Source: the human T2T-CHM13v2.0 reference genome, Homo sapiens. From it: DNA of 64,000 nucleotides. Shown one piece after another: positions 57,472-64,000 of the stretch. Position 1 is the stretch's first letter. Each line of letters opens with the position of its first letter. The position numbers and the translations under genes were made by a program. The notes below the pieces were generated by a model that worked only from the letters and a program-made list of their open reading frames with translations, made no database searches and was not told where the DNA came from. The stretch is from assembly GCF_009914755.1 (NCBI RefSeq), contig NC_060946.1. The stretch is one strand, 5' to 3'.

Positions 57472-59124
57472 TTATACAGCTGCTGACTGCATACCATGTG
57501 CTGGGGAGGCAGCTGCTGCATACCAGAGCTCTGCATTTCGCACGTGCTGCCCCGGATAGGCCTGTCCAAGGAGCTCTCTATGTACCTATCCATCCTCTTG
57601 TCCTCACTCCCACTCTGCTCCCAGCTCTCTGGGATGAAGGGGACCACCTCCCTGTTAGGAAACTGCATCTGCTTCTCCCGCTGCTCAGGTTCAGGCAGTG
57701 ACCAGGATGCCCCATGGTCCTCAGAAGGGGTGACTGGGGGCACAGCACACCACGGCCTCACTTGCATTTTACCCCAAATTCGGAGATCCCGACTGACCAC
57801 GCCTCTTCACCCTCCACAAATATTTGTTGGCTGCCTAACGTGCCTAGCACAAGGCTGACCCTGGGGACAGTAATGGGAGCTGGAACAGGACAGCCTTGGG
57901 GAGCTCACATTCCACTAAAGGAGCCAGTCCAGGCGCTGCTGGACAAAGGGTGGTGGCTGGAATCACAGCCAAGTGCACAGTGTGCCCAGAGCCTCTCGTG
58001 GACACCACGTGGCCGCAGTCCCGTGCTCACCCCTCATCTGCCGCATCTCATTCAGGGCTGACCACAAATGGGAGGTCAGTTCCACTGTTACGTGACTTGC
58101 TGACAGTTACAAAACCCACAAGCAGCAAGGCCAGAATTTGACTCCTGGTCTGTCTCACTCCAAAGCCCCCAACATGCCTGAAGGTACAACCCCATATGAA
58201 ATTTGCAGTTAAGATTCTGTTATCTGGCAGGGGCAGGAAGGCTTTTGAATGAGGCTTGGACAAATTGTGTAAGTATCGGGGCGGGGGTGGGGGCATGTGC
58301 TGTGAGCTTGGGCTGGGTGTAGGTCTGGGTGTGCAGTGTGTAGCCGTGTGGGCATGGGGGCATGCATCTGAGTTTGTGTGAGAGGTGTGTGTGTGCACCT
58401 GTGTGTGCAGGCACCAAGCTCTGTGTACACTCACGATGCGTGACATAGGCTGCTGTTGTCTGCTGTGGTTTTACAGCAGGCTGGCATTCGTTATTTTTGG
58501 GAAACGGTTTCTAAATCAATCAAGCAGAAATGGCATTCCAGATTTGGACTTGTCATATGAGACACACAAATAAGTAACAATTGATGAGAAAAATTTAACC
58601 AATTCTTCTCATTTTTCTAGTTCTAATTGGCATTTCCTGCCGTAATGAATGCAACCATATCTGCTCACACACCTAAAACCCACCTAATGGTTTTCTTTCC
58701 ACCCTGACACTGGAGACACCCTGCACAGCTCACAAAATGTCACACGCTGTTTGTTGTAATGAACCAAATAATTTATAAATGTCAAAAGTAAGGCTGTTTG
58801 TATTTATCACCTCTTAAAGGATTGATCAGGTATCAGATTTACACTTCTTTGGATATGCACTTTTTTCCTTTCCTGAATTTCTTGGTATAAATTAAATAAC
58901 AGCAATTGACATTAAAATTCAATGATGATTCCTCAGTATTTCTTAGGGTCAAGACATGTAGAGGACAAAGAGTCAGGGAATGAGATGGTTCCAGGGGCAT
59001 CTGGACCTACGTTGTGATAGACACAGAAGTGTTTGCAAAGACTAAGGTGCACGTGTTCCTTAGGATCTCAGTGTCAGCAGCTTCACCCAGGAGCCCATGT
59101 GGCTGAGGAGACCTGGACACTTAT

Positions 59125-59880
59125 GTGCACGCACAAACACACAAACATGCACACAGACGCACAAACATGCACAGACACGCAAACATGAAGACACACAAAT
59201 ATGCACACAGATGCACAACCATGCACAGATGCACAAACATGCAGACGTACAAATATGCACAGATGCACAAACATGCCCACAGATGCACAAACATGCACAG
59301 ACACACAAACATGCACACAGATGCACAAACATGCACACACAAACATGCACAGATGCACAAACATGCACACAGATGCACAAACATGCACAGACACACAAAC
59401 ATGCACACAGACGCACAAACATGCACAGAAGCACAAACATGCAGATGCACAAACATGCAGATACACAAACATGCACACAGATGCACAAACAAGCAGATAG
59501 ATGCACAAACATGCAGATACACAAACATGCACACAGACACACAAACATGCACAGAGACACAAACATGCACAGGCGCACAAACATGGACACAGACGCACAA
59601 ACATGCACACAGACGCACAAACATGCACAGAGACACAAACATGCACAGGTGCACAAACATGGACACAGATGCACAAACATGCACAGGCGCAGAAACATGG
59701 ACACAGACGCACAAACATGCACACAGATGCACAAACATGCAGACGCACAAACATGCACAGAGACATAAACATAAACATGCACACAGACGCACAAACATGC
59801 ACACAGACATAAGCCTGCGCATGGGCACACGCACACACATGCACAGACACGTGCACACATGCAGCTGTATGCATGCATCT
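59125..59880. repeat. 16-20-bp degenerate minisatellite (GCACAAACATGCACACAGAT)n
   Basis: Recurring ACAAACATGCAC core. Confidence 0.92.
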
Positions 59881-60506
59881 GTGCACATGAACAGACACAC
59901 AGAGTGAGGTACACGTGGGCCTGCAAGGATGCTGACCTGTGCATATACGAGCACAGACGTGCAGATCTGTAAACAAGCAAGGCCACTGCCTGACATAGTG
60001 TCACTCCCAAACCTCAGTGGGAGCAGTCTGTGGTCTTGTGGTCTGCATGTCCACATTTACTCGAGAAATTGCTGCAGAGCCATTCCACCTCCACGAGATT
60101 GGCCCTCCTTTTGCGAGAACGAAGTGATCCTTGAAGCTGGAGCAAGATGACCCCAGACAAGCTGCGCAGCCCAGTCTGCCCTCCACAGTGAGAATTTCTT
60201 ACCTGAGATTGTGGCTGCCCCACAGGTGGTATGCAAGGAGCAGGGAGTTTGACGATGGCTTTGCCTGCCATGAAAGGGAGAATCTCAGACTACAAAGGAA
60301 AACCAGCGCCTCTGGAAGTAGGGCCTGGCTCCAGCCTCTGAGAGGGGCAGGCCACCCTCCCCAGAACACAGCAGCTGAAATGCCATACCCTCCTTTGATG
60401 CCTGGGGTGGGATCAATACCACCCTTCCCCTCCCCTCTCCCAGCCACCTCTCTCCAAGGGAGCGGCATGGTGGCCTACAGATCTCCTGCTGCTCAGCCTC
60501 CCCCTC

Positions 60507-61527
60507 CACCTGGGCAGGTGAGTCCGGGGCAGGGGGAGTAGGAGGCCCTGTGAGACTTGAGCAGGTGAGTCGGGGGGGTGGTGTAGGAGGCCCTGTGACA
60601 CCTGGGCAGGTGAGTCCGGGGCAGGGGGAATAGGAGGCACTGTGACACCTGAGCAGGTGAGTCTGGGCGGGGGGAGTAGGAGGCACTGTGACACCTGGGC
60701 AGGTGAGTCTGGGCGGGGAGAGTAGGAGGCCTTGTGACACCTGAGCAGGTGAGTCTGGGAAGGGGGAGTAGGAGGCCCTGTGACACCTGAGCAGGTGAGT
60801 CTGTGCGGGGGGCATGTAGGAGGCACTGTGACACCTGGACAGGTGAGTCTGTGGGGGGGCATGTAGGAGGCACTGTGATACCTGGACAGGTGAGTCCGGA
60901 GCGGGGAGTAGGATGCAGTGTGACACCTGGGCAGGTGAGTCTGGAGGGGGGTGTAGGAGGCAGTGTGACACCTGAGCAGGTGAGTCCGGAGGGGGATGTA
61001 GGAGGCCCTGTGACACCTGGGCAGGTGAGTCTGGAGGGGGGTGTAGGAGGCAGTGTGACACCTGGGCAGGTGAGTCCGGAGGGGGGTGTAGGAGGCACTG
61101 TGACACCTGGGCAGGTGAGTCTGGAGGGGGGTGTATGAGGCAGTGTGACACCTGGGCAGGTGAGTCCGGAGGCAGGTGTAGGAGGCACTGTGACACCTGG
61201 GCAGGTGAGTCCGGAGGGGGGTGTAGGAAGCCCTGTGACACCTGGGCAGGTGAGTCCGGAGGGGGGTGTAGGAGACAGTGTGACACCTGGGCAGGTGAGT
61301 CTGGAGGGGGGTGTAGGAGGCAGTGTGACACCTGGGCAGGTGAGTCTGGAGGGGAGTGTAGGAGGCCCTGTGACACCTGGGCAGGTGAGTCCGGAGGGGG
61401 GTGTAGGAGGCAGTGTGACACCTGGGTAGGTGAGTCTGGAGGGGGGTGTAGGAGGCCCTGTGACACCTGGGCAGGTGAGTCCGGAGGGGGCTGTAGGAGG
61501 CCCTGTGACACCTGGGCAGGTGAGTCC
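60507..61527. repeat. 45-bp minisatellite, about 23 copies
   Basis: Unit TGTGACACCTGGGCAGGTGAGTCCGGAGGGGGGTGTAGGAGGCAC; TGTGACA at 61054 and 61099. Confidence 0.97.
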
Positions 61528-61869
61528 AGACCAGGTGGGGAAGGCCCTGGGCCTTGGGCCACAGCTCACTCTGACCTTTCTTTGTTAGGAAGGGAGTTGC
61601 CACTGTGATCTCTCATGGCCCGTGCTTGGGGGTGGGCACAGGGCTGGCATGCCCCCCCTCCTCAGTACCAACAGCTGAACTCTGCAGATTTCACCAGGAC
61701 ACCACAGGCTCCTTAGAACCCACATGCGGGGCCTCTGCGGGACAGAGGCTGGCCTGCTTCCTCACTAAGCAACTCAGAGAAAGTTAAAGCAAAGGCCATC
61801 CTCACATTAAGTATCTTATCCTAGTGCTCATGCGTGCTTGGGTTTGAATCCCATCCTCATCGCCAAATA

Positions 61870-62747
61870 TGTACATTTAAAAATTATAAATTTAGAAAGC
61901 AGACTTTGCTTTTCATAAAGAGTATCATCTGTGAGGTGGCTTTTTTGACAGGCTGAGAAGCGTAGCCTCTGGCTGAAGTCAGAGTTGGTGCTTCGAAGGA
62001 GGGGAGGGTGAAACAGGGCTTTATGTTGAATGGTTGGTCAAGGATACGTATGTAACAGGTTACAGGAGTTATGAATATTCATGATGGGGGAGTCACACAC
62101 ATGCGTGGTAAGCAAACATGCATATTCCACGCATCCCTTGTCATTTGCAGGTGGAGAAGTAACATTTAAATACATTATATTAGGCCCTGTAGGTCAAAAG
62201 GCAAGCGGGACACGATGGCCCTCAGGGTGCAGCCTCTGTAAACTGGCCAGATCCAGTCATGTCTGCGTCTCCTACCAGAAGAAAGTTACTGCAATCAGCC
62301 TCTTGACCAGTCAAAGCTGTAGCCATGGCTGGCAGAGCAGGGGAGTCCATCACTGTCTGATGGTTCATGAGCTGGAATTGTTTGATATTGTGTAAGTCCT
62401 GTGATTGTTGAGCTGTTAGAGAAAAAGGAAAAAATAAAACCTTGTGGCAGTTGAAACACAGTTTGTTTTTTCAGCTTAGGGGTACATGACCTAACCCTTG
62501 TCTGACCTGGCCTTAGACTCTGTTCATAGCTTGGTATCCTATGGCCACAAGGCTCCGTTCTGCTGGTTGTCTGATCTCTATTTTAACACAAATGCTGCTC
62601 CGCTGCTGTCTATACCATGAGGCATGTCTGACCTCTTGTCTCATTATGGCTGGGAACTCAGTTTTTGAGGTTCCTCTGGGATCCCCTTGGTCAAGTCAGG
62701 GCCTGTTCAGTCTGTTGGGGGACTTAGGATTTTATTTTTAGTTCTCA
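61870..62747 (-). mobile_element. MER4-group ERV1 LTR
   Basis: Ends GGGAACTCAGTTTTTGAGGTTCCTCTGGGATCCCCTTGGTCAAG...GGGGACTTAGGATTTTATTTTAGTTCTCA, the reverse complement of the MER4-type 5' terminus. Confidence 0.75.
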
Positions 62748-64000
62748 ATGTGAAGACATTTTATCCTAATTTTTCATGTCCAGTGCTTTAATGAAATAAA
62801 GGGCCACAAGGAAGGCGGCTGTGCCCATGCACCTGCAGACACATCCACCAGATGCCCCTGGCAGTTCCTGGAGGAGCCCATGCTTGGCGACATTGGGTCT
62901 GTGTCAGCCCAGCACGGCCGTCCCTAGCTGGCGCATGGAGCAGGCCCACTCTGCATCTGGGCACAGAGGCCATCAGTCCTGACCCACAATTATCTTGATT
63001 TCATATTGATGAGGAAGGAGGGCGAAGGCCAGTGGTATATGAGCAAGAGACGGCACAACAGGCAAACACAGAAAGTCGGTCTGTCCCAGGTCCCACTTCC
63101 TCCTCCCAGGCTCACTGCATTGGCCTGACCCTGGCTGAGCCTGCAAGCCCTGCACCCACCCCTGCCTGTGGATGGAGGGCGTCTGGATAGGCCCGTGTAG
63201 TCAGGTCCCCATGGTTGAACTGCACCCAGAGCAGGAGGAGGCCAAGTGCACCTGTTACTCTCCACGAGCGGCTGATAGAAGAAAACACCCTGCTTCCCGT
63301 CCTGTCTCTGGAGGACCTGCCAGAAACTCGTTAGGAAAGCATCGTGCATCAGATGAGCGTGAGTCCATGGGGAGCAGGGCACCGCGGAGGAAGCGCAGGC
63401 TGGCCACAGCATGGCCCGCGTGAAGAATCAGGAGCTGGCAAAGTTCCTAGTGAAGGCAGCCAGAGGGGAGCAGCAGCCACACACATCTGGTATTAGACCT
63501 TCTCCTCTGGGCCTTTCTCCCCTGCATGGGGAACACGACTCTCTGCTATAAAGAAGACATTTTGTGCTCGTGTTCTGCACCAGCTCAAACTCTGAAGGAG
63601 AAAATACTGGGGGAAAGCAAGCCAGCAACCGAAACTCTAACAGATTTCAGGAGACAGACGAGTACGGGTGCTCCAGGCAGGGGCAGCCCTGGCTGTCTGT
63701 TTCTAATCCATGCCAACTTTCAGGCCCTGCCAGCCGCACAGCCTCCGAGCTGGCAACAATCAGCCCTCCCTGCCTCCACCTCCCGCCCTACCCAACCCCG
63801 GCACACTCTGCTCTTCCTCCAACAGGGAACTGAAGCCCCACATCTTTCCAGAGCTTCCCAGACTTGGACACACATCCTGGCCCTCCTCTGAAGCCCTGCA
63901 AGATGTATCGAGCCTGCCAGCCAAAGATGACCACAGAGAGCCTCTCCGTGGGTGTACAGACTGAATCGTGCCTCCAAAAGATGTTAAAGTCCCTACCCCC

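Noticed and set aside
59060-61608. Cys/His-rich and Pro-rich ORFs of 200-425 aa
   Set aside because: Translations of the two distal minisatellites.

Overview
This is primate (human-like) non-coding genomic DNA, GC-rich and unusually dense in tandem repeats, as seen in distal/subtelomeric bands. I cannot support any intact protein-coding gene, RNA gene or CRISPR array; all long ORFs in the track are read-throughs of tandem repeats or Alus. The window holds about 16 Alus (many with visible TSDs), old L1/L2/MIR fragments, MaLR (MST, MLT1), ERVL (MLT2) and ERV1 (LTR8-like, MER4-like) LTRs, Tigger3a-like, MER20 and Ricksha (MULE) DNA transposons, more than a dozen mini/microsatellite arrays, and several AT-rich islands that look like enhancers. 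The most notable items are: (1) a 45-bp VNTR with a consensus 5' splice site (CAG|GTGAGT) in nearly every unit, directly behind a candidate 74-nt exon; (2) a 72-bp, 96%-identical inverted repeat bracketing an ancient L1 fragment; (3) a Ricksha element with a FLYWCH transposase remnant and an embedded MLT2/ERVL piece; (4) two MLT1 LTRs that each spawned a minisatellite at the same motif; (5) a 33-bp VNTR with one G-quadruplex motif per unit and a higher-order duplication; (6) a satellite with about 30 UGCAUG (RBFOX) motifs on the minus strand; (7) a tandem Alu pair with three copies of one TSD. Repeat subfamily names come from recalled consensus sequences and need RepeatMasker/Dfam confirmation. 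The locus and any host gene cannot be identified from the sequence alone, and I found no demonstrable new biological system, only testable candidates.
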